Sequence record: NC_054911.1
Length of the DNA: 64,000 nucleotides
Strand: one strand, 5' to 3'
Source: Escherichia phage ECO4
Under the pieces are notes generated by a model that was not told the DNA's origin, ran no database searches, and saw only the letters and a list, made by a program, of their open reading frames with translations. Shown one piece after another: positions 56,157 through 64,000 of this stretch; position 1 is the stretch's first letter; every line of letters begins with the position of its first letter. Made by a program: the position numbers and the translations under genes.

Positions 56157-56774
56157 ATGTACCACTTTGTATATGAAACAACAAATCTAATAAATGGTAA
56201 AAAGTATATAGGAAAACACTCTACTGATGACTTGAATGATGGTTACCTTGGTTCCGGTAAGGCAATTCAGCAGGCTATAAAGAAATATGGTGAAAACAAT
56301 TTCTCTAGAACAATACTAAAAGAGTTTAAAACTTCCGAAGAAGCGTACATGTATGAAGAAGAAATTATAACTCCTGAAATAATAAAAAGCAAAAATTATT
56401 ATAATATGAAACCTGGTGGAATTGGTGGAATTGTTATGACTACAGAGGTTATAGCAAAGATGAAAGAATCTTCCGCTAAGAGATTTGAAAACTCACCGGG
56501 CACGGTATTAGGTACAACTTGTTACACTAATGGAACTAAAAATATTTTTATTAAACCTGGAGAACTTGTTCCAGAAGGATTTGTAAAAGGGATGGTTCAT
56601 CCTAATAGAAAGTCCAGAAAAGGATGTAAAGTCAAACCAACTACCACAGGAACTTTTTGGGTCAATAATGGTGCAATAAATAAATTAATACAACCAGACG
56701 GTATTATTCCCGACGGATTTATTAAAGGTCGTCTCATGAAAAGAGATTCTAAAGGCAAATTTAGTAAGGCATAA
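56157..56774 (+). CDS. segE: GIY-YIG homing endonuclease
   Basis: 205 aa; N-terminal GIY-YIG-type motif (YHFVYETTNLINGKKYIGKHS); position between inh and uvsW. Confidence 0.75.
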   Translation: MYHFVYETTNLINGKKYIGKHSTDDLNDGYLGSGKAIQQAIKKYGENNFSRTILKEFKTSEEAYMYEEEIITPEIIKSKNYYNMKPGGIGGIVMTTEVIAKMKESSAKRFENSPGTVLGTTCYTNGTKNIFIKPGELVPEGFVKGMVHPNRKSRKGCKVKPTTTGTFWVNNGAINKLIQPDGIIPDGFIKGRLMKRDSKGKFSKA

Positions 56775-56776
56775 TT

Positions 56777-58285
56777 ATGGATATTAAAGTACATTTTCAC
56801 GACTTCAGCCATGTACGCATCGATTGTGAAGAGAGCACGTTCCACGAATTAAGAGATTTCTTTTCGTTTGAGGCCGATGGATATAGGTTTAATCCTCGCT
56901 TCAGATATGGCAACTGGGATGGACGAATCCGTCTTTTAGATTATAATCGTCTTCTTCCATTCGGCTTAGTCGGGCAAATTAAAAAGTTCTGTGATAACTT
57001 TGGCTATAAAGCCTGGATTGACCCACAAATTAACGAAAAAGAAGAATTATCAAGAAAAGATTTTGATGAATGGCTTTCTAAATTAGAAATCTATTCAGGA
57101 AATAAAAGAATTGAACCACACTGGTATCAAAAAGATGCAGTGTTCGAAGGATTAGTTAATCGTCGTAGAATTCTTAATCTTCCAACATCTGCAGGTAAAT
57201 CTTTAATTCAGGCTCTGCTTGCGCGATATTATTTGGAAAATTATGAAGGTAAAATTCTTATCATTGTTCCAACAACTGCTCTGACAACTCAGATGGCTGA
57301 TGACTTTGTTGATTATCGTTTATTCAGTCACGCAATGATAAAGAAAATTGGTGGCGGAGCATCAAAAGATGATAAATATAAAAATGATGCACCAGTCGTT
57401 GTTGGTACATGGCAAACTGTAGTAAAACAACCAAAAGAATGGTTCTCACAGTTTGGAATGATGATGAATGATGAATGTCATCTTGCTACAGGAAAAAGTA
57501 TTTCATCTATCATATCAGGTTTAAATAACTGCATGTTCAAATTTGGTCTATCTGGTTCATTACGTGACGGCAAAGCCAATATCATGCAGTATGTTGGAAT
57601 GTTTGGCGAAATATTTAAGCCAGTAACGACTTCTAAGTTAATGGAAGATGGGCAAGTAACTGAGCTAAAAATTAATAGTATTTTTCTTCGTTATCCTGAT
57701 GAGTTCACTACTAAATTAAAGGGAAAAACTTACCAAGAAGAAATAAAAATTATTACTGGGCTCAGTAAAAGAAATAAATGGATAGCTAAATTAGCTATTA
57801 AGCTTGCGCAAAAAGATGAAAACGCTTTTGTCATGTTTAAACATGTATCACATGGTAAAGCTATTTTCGATTTAATTAAAAATGAATACGATAAAGTTTA
57901 TTACGTATCAGGGGAAGTTGATACCGAAACCCGCAATATAATGAAAACCTTAGCTGAAAATGGCAAAGGAATAATTATAGTAGCTAGTTATGGTGTATTT
58001 TCTACTGGTATTTCAGTTAAAAATCTGCATCACGTTGTTTTAGCGCACGGTGTTAAATCAAAAATCATTGTATTACAAACAATCGGTCGTGTATTACGTA
58101 AGCATGGTTCTAAGACAATAGCAACAGTCTGGGACCTCATAGATGACTGTGGTGTTAAGCCAAAATCTGCTAATACGAAAAAGAAATATGTTCATTTGAA
58201 CTATCTTTTAAAACACGGCATTGATCGTATTCAGCGCTACGCAGATGAAAAATTCAATTACGTAATGAAAACAGTTAATTTATAA
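56777..58285 (+). CDS. uvsW: UvsW DNA/RNA helicase
   Basis: 502 aa; Walker A PTSAGKS and DECH box. Confidence 0.9.
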   Translation: MDIKVHFHDFSHVRIDCEESTFHELRDFFSFEADGYRFNPRFRYGNWDGRIRLLDYNRLLPFGLVGQIKKFCDNFGYKAWIDPQINEKEELSRKDFDEWLSKLEIYSGNKRIEPHWYQKDAVFEGLVNRRRILNLPTSAGKSLIQALLARYYLENYEGKILIIVPTTALTTQMADDFVDYRLFSHAMIKKIGGGASKDDKYKNDAPVVVGTWQTVVKQPKEWFSQFGMMMNDECHLATGKSISSIISGLNNCMFKFGLSGSLRDGKANIMQYVGMFGEIFKPVTTSKLMEDGQVTELKINSIFLRYPDEFTTKLKGKTYQEEIKIITGLSKRNKWIAKLAIKLAQKDENAFVMFKHVSHGKAIFDLIKNEYDKVYYVSGEVDTETRNIMKTLAENGKGIIIVASYGVFSTGISVKNLHHVVLAHGVKSKIIVLQTIGRVLRKHGSKTIATVWDLIDDCGVKPKSANTKKKYVHLNYLLKHGIDRIQRYADEKFNYVMKTVNL

Positions 58286-58299
58286 GGGCTTCGGCCCTT
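58284..58299 (+). terminator. stem-loop with UUCG tetraloop (AAGGGC-TTCG-GCCCTT) after uvsW
   Basis: Read directly. Confidence 0.5.
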
Positions 58300-58544
58300 T
58301 GGAGAAAAAGATGTTACTAGAATTTAAACAATTTCTTTATGAAGCTTCTATTGATGAATTTATGGGTAAAATTGCCTCTTGTCAAACATTAGAAGGTTTA
58401 GAAGAACTTGAAGCTTATTATAAGAAAAGAGTCAAAGAAACTGAATTAAAAGACACTGATGACATCTCTGTGAGAGATGCTTTAGCAGGAAAAAGAGCTG
58501 AATTAGAAGATTCAGACGATGATGAAGTAGAAGAAAGCTTTTAA
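58299..58544 (+). CDS. uvsW.1: UvsW.1-like small acidic protein
   Basis: 81 aa; position after uvsW. Confidence 0.6.
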   Translation: MEKKMLLEFKQFLYEASIDEFMGKIASCQTLEGLEELEAYYKKRVKETELKDTDDISVRDALAGKRAELEDSDDDEVEESF

Positions 58545-58599
58545 ATTAAAAAAGGCCCAACCGAAAAGGAAGGGCCAAAACTATAGACTAAAGGTCACA

Positions 58600-58767
58600 C
58601 TATAGCAAAAGTTGTGTTTCATTTAATTGTTCTTCCGAACTTTCTGAAACTGGTAGTTCTTTAATGTAATTATAGCAAGGCCCAGGATGTACAGGACCTT
58701 TGTCTGTTTCAACAACCAATGCAGAATCGATTGGAGTTTTACAGACAACACAAATCTTATCTGACAT
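58600..58767 (-). CDS. small cysteine-containing ORF, 55 aa (MSDKICVVCKTPIDS...), not in ORF track
   Basis: Manual translation; position upstream of the uvsY operon. Confidence 0.3.
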   Translation of the reverse strand: MSDKICVVCKTPIDSALVVETDKGPVHPGPCYNYIKELPVSESSEEQLNETQLLL

Positions 58768-58795
58768 GATTGTCTCCTCTGAATTATATATCTAT

Positions 58796-59020
58796 TTATA
58801 CAACTCTCATATGCATATCAATGCCCATATCTTTAGAATAAAAATATTCATCAAGATATCCGGCAAATTTTCCTTTAACATAAAGGACATCTTCACCGCA
58901 TGGATGGTCGGCCAGGATACGAATATCCTGACGCTTAAGATTATGCTTTTTCATTAAGAATTGAATCTCAGTTTCAAATTCTTCTTCATAATTAAAAGCA
59001 TCATCAATGTTATATCTCAT
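58796..59020 (-). CDS. hypothetical protein, 74 aa
   Basis: ORF track; ATG overlaps the uvsY stop. Confidence 0.5.
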   Translation of the reverse strand: MRYNIDDAFNYEEEFETEIQFLMKKHNLKRQDIRILADHPCGEDVLYVKGKFAGYLDEYFYSKDMGIDMHMRVV

Positions 59021-59433
59021 TATTTTCCAGCCTCAAATGCCCGCATGTCTTGAATATGCTTAATAGCAAATCCGCGTGATTTGATAGCATCAAGAGCTCC
59101 GCTACAGAAATCTAATAAAATTCCCCAATATTGTAATGAAGTATCAACCTTTAAAACATCCTTATCAGCTGATAGAACTGTTTTCATTTCTGATTTCTCG
59201 TAACGATCCATACTAAATTCATCACCATCTCCTCGTCCCGAGTAGTAGTCTAATTTAGCTTTAAGAGCAACTTTTTTCTGTGCTTCAATTCTAAGCATTT
59301 CCTTTTTAATACTTGAATGCTTATTAAGCCATTTACTATATAACATCACATTATTAGCTGCTTCATACTGTAATTTAGTCGAATCTATAAACACATCTTT
59401 CTTCAATTCTTCTTGAAGATCTTCTAATCTCAT
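59020..59433 (-). CDS. uvsY: UvsY recombination mediator
   Basis: 137 aa; sequence consistent with T4 UvsY. Confidence 0.9.
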   Translation of the reverse strand: MRLEDLQEELKKDVFIDSTKLQYEAANNVMLYSKWLNKHSSIKKEMLRIEAQKKVALKAKLDYYSGRGDGDEFSMDRYEKSEMKTVLSADKDVLKVDTSLQYWGILLDFCSGALDAIKSRGFAIKHIQDMRAFEAGK

Positions 59434-59473
59434 ATTGTTCTCTATTCAATTGTTATTGGATGGACTTAGATTC

Positions 59474-59499
59474 ATTATACCACGTTTTAACGTGAAGCA
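59474..59499 (-). promoter_or_regulatory. MotA-dependent middle promoter (MotA box AATGCTTCA, 13-nt spacer, -10 TATAAT) upstream of uvsY
   Basis: Minus strand reads GGTATAATGCTTCACGTTAAAACGTGGTATAATG. Confidence 0.55.
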
Positions 59500-59898
59500 T
59501 TATACCCTATTACTGGAAGCCAGTTGCAGTTTTATCTGCTCAATATCATCAGGATTATCGATGACTGAAAAGCGTATTTCTACTATCAAAGTATAATCAT
59601 CATAAACCGGTATTACATTAACTGCTAATTTATCAATACGTGGCTCATAGTTTCTTACTGCGCTTTCGATATTACGCTCAACCGTGTCAGCAGTAAGAGG
59701 AGTCATATTCTCAAAAAGTTGGTCAGATAAATCGCATCCAAATTCAGGGTCAAACGGTCTTGAACCTTTTCTTGTTGTAATAATTCCTAAAAGACTATTT
59801 TTAATTGACCTTAATCCAAGTGATCTTGAAACGTCTTTGTTCCAATCCATTTTCATCTCTGGGTCAATATCAGAATAAAGCTTATTAATATTTGCCAT
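59500..59898 (-). CDS. 25: gp25 baseplate wedge protein
   Basis: 132 aa; position. Confidence 0.85.
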   Translation of the reverse strand: MANINKLYSDIDPEMKMDWNKDVSRSLGLRSIKNSLLGIITTRKGSRPFDPEFGCDLSDQLFENMTPLTADTVERNIESAVRNYEPRIDKLAVNVIPVYDDYTLIVEIRFSVIDNPDDIEQIKLQLASSNRV

Positions 59899-60524
59899 TA
59901 CAATAGCTCAAAGAATTCTTTGAGTCCTCTTATTACATGAGCGTGGGTTTTTCCACACTCTGGACATTTAATTGGAACAGCCAAATAAACAGTAGGCTTT
60001 AAAAGCATATCTTTTATAGCTACAATATCTGACTCTGTGATGATAGAATATAAATCTTCCAATTCTTTTTCATTTAAGTCTTCAACTGGAATGCTTTCAC
60101 CGTTAGCATGAATCGTTTCTATACATGATACTATCATGTGGGCTATATTTTTATCATCAAAAATTTTAGGGTAATGGAATTTAATTTTAATGTCACCCAG
60201 TGTATACCAGAGGTCTTCTGGTGCATCTATTTGTGTATGTAATAGATTTATATGGGTTGGTATTTCAGTTCCACAGGTGCACTTCCAGGAGTTTTCGTGA
60301 TTAACTTCTCCAAGAGAATGCGCCCATAAATGAATCAGTAATAGTTCTGATTCTTGGCGGTTTAAATCTTTTGCATTTGTGCAGTCTTTGATTAGCTTTT
60401 TAACAATTACTTCTACGGAACCATTATTTTTGGCAGTAATAAGTTCTAGATATTCTTTAAGAGTAAATGCACGACAGTTGATTATTTTAGAACCAACTCT
60501 CACGTCAAATTTGTATTCATACAT
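59898..60524 (-). CDS. 26: gp26 baseplate hub protein
   Basis: 208 aa; position. Confidence 0.85.
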   Translation of the reverse strand: MYEYKFDVRVGSKIINCRAFTLKEYLELITAKNNGSVEVIVKKLIKDCTNAKDLNRQESELLLIHLWAHSLGEVNHENSWKCTCGTEIPTHINLLHTQIDAPEDLWYTLGDIKIKFHYPKIFDDKNIAHMIVSCIETIHANGESIPVEDLNEKELEDLYSIITESDIVAIKDMLLKPTVYLAVPIKCPECGKTHAHVIRGLKEFFELL

Positions 60525-60545
60525 ATTTAGCTCCTTTATTTATCA

Positions 60546-60553
60546 TATTTATA
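60546..60553 (-). promoter_or_regulatory. T4-type late promoter TATAAATA on the minus strand (gene 26), overlapping the divergent gene 51 promoter
   Basis: Plus strand TATTTATA. Confidence 0.5.
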
Positions 60554-60557
60554 AATA
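60550..60557 (+). promoter_or_regulatory. T4-type late promoter TATAAATA (gene 51)
   Basis: Exact TATAAATA 18 nt before the ATG. Confidence 0.55.
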
Positions 60558-60574
60558 GAATAAAAGGAGCATCT

Positions 60575-61324
60575 ATGGCAAACATTATTCGTTGTAAATT
60601 ACCTGATGGTGTTCATCGTTTTAAACCATTTACGGTAGAAGATTATCGAGATTTTTTGTTAGTTCGAAACGATATAGAACATCGGTCATCACAAGAACAA
60701 AAAGAAGTAATTGCTGATTTAATTGCTGATTATTTTGGAGACTATCCAAAGACTTGGCAACCATTTATATTTTTGCAGGTATTTGTAGGTTCAATAGGTA
60801 AAACTAAAGTACCAGTCACATTCATATGTCCAAAATGTAAAAAAGAAAAGACAGTTCCATTTGAAATATATCAAAAAGAATTAAAGGAACCTATTTTTGA
60901 TGTAGCTAATGTTAAAATTAAATTAAATTTTCCTTCTGAGTTTTATGAAAATAAAGCAAAGATGATTACTGAAAATATTCATTCTGTTCAAGTAGATGAA
61001 ATGTGGTATGATTGGAAGGAAATTAGTGAATCAAGTCAAATAGAACTTGTTGACGCCATCGAGATAGAAACATTAGAAAAAATTCTCGATGCAATGAATC
61101 CTATTAATTTAACATTGCACATGTCGTGTTGTGATAAGTACATTAAAAAATACACTGATATAGTAGATGTGTTTAAGCTATTAGTTAATCCAGATGAGAT
61201 ATTTACTTTTTATCAAATTAATCACACGCTTGTAAAAAGTAATTATAGCTTAAATTCAATAATGAAAATGATTCCTGCCGAGCGCGGATTCGTATTAAAA
61301 CTGATTGAGAAGGATAAACAATAA
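60575..61324 (+). CDS. 51: gp51 baseplate hub assembly catalyst
   Basis: 249 aa; position. Confidence 0.85.
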   Translation: MANIIRCKLPDGVHRFKPFTVEDYRDFLLVRNDIEHRSSQEQKEVIADLIADYFGDYPKTWQPFIFLQVFVGSIGKTKVPVTFICPKCKKEKTVPFEIYQKELKEPIFDVANVKIKLNFPSEFYENKAKMITENIHSVQVDEMWYDWKEISESSQIELVDAIEIETLEKILDAMNPINLTLHMSCCDKYIKKYTDIVDVFKLLVNPDEIFTFYQINHTLVKSNYSLNSIMKMIPAERGFVLKLIEKDKQ

Positions 61325-62496
61325 TGAGTATGTTGCAACGCCCCGGATATCCAAATCTCAGCGTTAAATTATTTGAGAGTTATGACGCTTGGAGTAATAA
61401 TAGATTTGTTGAATTAGCTGCTACTATTACCACATTAACTATGCGTGACTCTCTTTATGGTCGAAATGAAGGAATGCTACAATTTTATGATTCTAAAAAC
61501 ATTCATACAAAAATGGATGGAAATGAAATAATTCAGATTTCTGTAGCTAATGCAAACGATATTAATAATGTTAAAACACGAATTTATGGATGCAAGCATT
61601 TTTCCGTGTCAGTAGATTCAAAAGGCGATAACATCATTGCTATTGAATTGGGAACTATTCATTCTATAGAAAATCTTAAATTTGGTAGACCATTTTTCCC
61701 TGATGCCGGGGAATCTATAAAGGAAATGCTTGGTGTCATTTATCAAGACCGCACATTATTAACTCCAGCAATAAATGCTATAAATGCTTATGTTCCTGAT
61801 ATTCCATGGACTAGCACATTTGAAAACTATTTGTCATATGTAAGAGAAGTTGCTCTAGCGGTAGGAAGCGATAAGTTCGTATTTGTATGGCAAGACATCA
61901 TGGGAGTTAACATGATGGACTATGATATGATGATAAATCAAGAACCATATCCAATGATTGTGGGTGAGCCAACTTTAATAGGTCAATTCGTCCAAGAATT
62001 GAAATATCCATTAGCATATGATTTTGTTTGGTTGACTAAATCAAACCCGCATAAACGTGATCCAATGAAAAATGCTACTATCTATGCTCATTCATTTTTA
62101 GATTCTTCATTACCAATGATTACTACAGGAAAGGGTGAAAACTCTATTGTAGTGTCAAGGTCAGGTGCTTATTCTGAAATGACTTATAGAAATGGATATG
62201 AAGAAGCTATTCGTCTTCAGACTATGGCGCAGTATGATGGTTACGCTAAATGTTCTACTGTCGGTAATTTTAACTTGACTCCTGGCGTTAAAATTATTTT
62301 TAATGATAGTAAAAACCAATTTAAAACAGAATTTTACGTTGATGAAGTTATTCACGAATTATCAAATAATAATTCCGTAACTCATCTTTATATGTTCACT
62401 AATGCAACGAAACTGGAAACAATTGACCCAGTTAAGGTTAAAAATGAATTTAAAACTGATACTACCACTGAAGAAAGTAGTTCTTCCGATAAGTAA
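61324..62496 (+). CDS. 27: gp27 baseplate hub protein
   Basis: 390 aa; position. Confidence 0.9.
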   Translation: MSMLQRPGYPNLSVKLFESYDAWSNNRFVELAATITTLTMRDSLYGRNEGMLQFYDSKNIHTKMDGNEIIQISVANANDINNVKTRIYGCKHFSVSVDSKGDNIIAIELGTIHSIENLKFGRPFFPDAGESIKEMLGVIYQDRTLLTPAINAINAYVPDIPWTSTFENYLSYVREVALAVGSDKFVFVWQDIMGVNMMDYDMMINQEPYPMIVGEPTLIGQFVQELKYPLAYDFVWLTKSNPHKRDPMKNATIYAHSFLDSSLPMITTGKGENSIVVSRSGAYSEMTYRNGYEEAIRLQTMAQYDGYAKCSTVGNFNLTPGVKIIFNDSKNQFKTEFYVDEVIHELSNNNSVTHLYMFTNATKLETIDPVKVKNEFKTDTTTEESSSSDK

Positions 62497-62977
62497 TAAA
62501 GAAGTTTCTATTCCTAAGATGGGTCTTAAACATTATAACATTTTAAAAGATGTTAAAGGTCCTGATGAAAATTTAAAGCTTCTTATTGATTCTATTTGTC
62601 CAAATTTATCACCGGCAGAAGTTGATTTCGTTTCTATTCATTTGCTAGAATTTAATGGAAAGATTAAATCTCGTAAAGAAATAGATGGTTATACTTATGA
62701 TATTAATGACGTTTATGTATGTCAAAGATTGGAATTTCAATACCAAGGAAATACATTTTATTTTAGACCTCCTGGAAAATTTGAACAATTTTTAACTGTA
62801 AGCGATATGTTATCCAAATGCTTGCTTAAGGTCAATGATGAAGTTAAAGAAATTAATTTTCTTGAGATGCCAGCATTTGTTTTAAAATGGGCAAATGATA
62901 TTTCTACAACTTTAGCAATTCCTGGCCCTAATGGTCCAATAACCGGAATTGGCAATATTATTGGATTATTTGAATGA
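62444..62977 (+). CDS. 28: gp28 baseplate hub distal protein
   Basis: 177 aa from the ATG at 62444, overlapping the gene 27 end. Confidence 0.7.
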   Translation: MNLKLILPLKKVVLPISNKEVSIPKMGLKHYNILKDVKGPDENLKLLIDSICPNLSPAEVDFVSIHLLEFNGKIKSRKEIDGYTYDINDVYVCQRLEFQYQGNTFYFRPPGKFEQFLTVSDMLSKCLLKVNDEVKEINFLEMPAFVLKWANDISTTLAIPGPNGPITGIGNIIGLFE

Positions 62978-64000
62978 AAAAGCCACAAGAAATGCAAACG
63001 ATGCGTAGAAAAGTTATTTCAGATAATAAACCAACACAGGACGCGGCTAAATCCGCTTCTAATACTTTATCTGGTCTTAATGACATTTCTACAAAATTAG
63101 ATGATGCTCAAGCTGCTTCTGAATTAATAGCTCAGACTGTTGAAGAAAAATCAAATGAAATAGTTGGAGCAATTGATAACGTTGAAAGCGCAGTAAGTGA
63201 TACTACTGCCGGTTCTGAGTTAATTGCTGAAACTGTTGAAATTGGAAACAATATTAATAAAGAAATCGGTGAATCGCTCGGAAGCAAATTAGATAAATTA
63301 ACAAGTTTACTGGAACAAAAAATTCAGACAGCTGGAATTCAGCAAACTGGAACGAGTTTAGCAGTAGTCGAAAATGCTATTCCTGTTAAAGTCGTCGAGG
63401 ATGATACAGCTGAATCTGTGGGTCCTTTATTACCGGCTCCTGAAGCAGTTAATAATGATCCTGATGCTGATTTTTTCCCTACTCCTCAGCCAATTGAACC
63501 AAAACAAGAGTCTCCAGAAGAGAAGCAAAAAAGAGACGCATTTAACTTAAAATTATCTCAAGCTTTAGATAAATTAACAAAGACAGTTGATTTCGGATTT
63601 AAGAAATCTATTTCAATTACTGATAAAATATCTAGCATGCTATTTAAGTATACCGTCAGTGCTGCTATTGAAGCTGCTAAAATGGTTGCATTGATAATGG
63701 CTGTTGTTATTGGAATAGACCTGCTGATGGTTCATTTTAAATACTGGTCAGATAAATTTTCAAAAGCCTGGGATTTATTTAGCACTGATTTTACTAAATT
63801 CTCTAGCGAAACCGGAACATGGGGTCCTTTATTACAGAGCATCTTTGATTCTATTGATAAAATTAAACAACTTTGGGAAGCTGGAGATTGGGGCGGATTG
63901 ACAGTAGCTATTGTTGAAGGGCTTGGAAGTGTTCTTTATAATTTAGGAGAGCTTATTCAATTAGGTATGGCTAAATTATCTGCAGCAATTCTTCGAGTCA
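62974..64000 (+). CDS. 29: gp29 baseplate hub / tail length determinant, partial (continues beyond window end)
   Basis: ATG at 62974 overlapping the gene 28 stop; open to the window end. Confidence 0.85.
   Translation, partial: MKKPQEMQTMRRKVISDNKPTQDAAKSASNTLSGLNDISTKLDDAQAASELIAQTVEEKSNEIVGAIDNVESAVSDTTAGSELIAETVEIGNNINKEIGESLGSKLDKLTSLLEQKIQTAGIQQTGTSLAVVENAIPVKVVEDDTAESVGPLLPAPEAVNNDPDADFFPTPQPIEPKQESPEEKQKRDAFNLKLSQALDKLTKTVDFGFKKSISITDKISSMLFKYTVSAAIEAAKMVALIMAVVIGIDLLMVHFKYWSDKFSKAWDLFSTDFTKFSSETGTWGPLLQSIFDSIDKIKQLWEAGDWGGLTVAIVEGLGSVLYNLGELIQLGMAKLSAAILRV

Overview
This window is a contiguous block of a T4-like (T-even, Tequatrovirus-type) myovirus genome. Coordinates 1-22431 are a minus-strand early/middle region: tk, rI, regB, denV, lysozyme e, nudE, a 10-tRNA array, ipI, 57A/57B and genes 1, 3, 2, 4, interspersed with many small accessory ORFs. 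Coordinates 22479-52385 are the plus-strand late morphogenesis block in canonical T4 order: 53, 5, 5.1, 5.4, 6-12, wac, 13-20, 67, 68, 21-24. The remainder holds rnlB, hoc, inh (minus), segE, uvsW (plus), uvsY, 25, 26 (minus) and 51, 27, 28 and the start of 29 (plus). Gene calls rest on reading the translated ORFs, on protein lengths matching T4 as I recall them, and on motifs visible in the sequence; no database search was run. The provided ORF track evidently accepts TTG/GTG starts, so several hypothetical-gene starts were moved to the first ATG with a Shine-Dalgarno sequence. Regulatory signals are unusually legible: nine minus-strand early promoters of identical architecture, fourteen TATAAATA late promoters (two divergent overlapping pairs), one MotA-box middle promoter, and a dozen tetraloop hairpin terminators. 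I did not find one clear-cut novel multi-gene system; the strongest candidates are listed as findings. They are: an in-frame amber codon in rnlB; a late-promoter internal-protein cassette bracketed by duplicated terminator hairpins; a tRNA set that includes Asn and Tyr; an untranslated 300-bp block with a tRNA-like T-arm; a four-domain Hoc; and early-region accessory genes (macro domain, GrcA-like, SLT-like, P-loop, PspA-like, nucleotidyltransferase).
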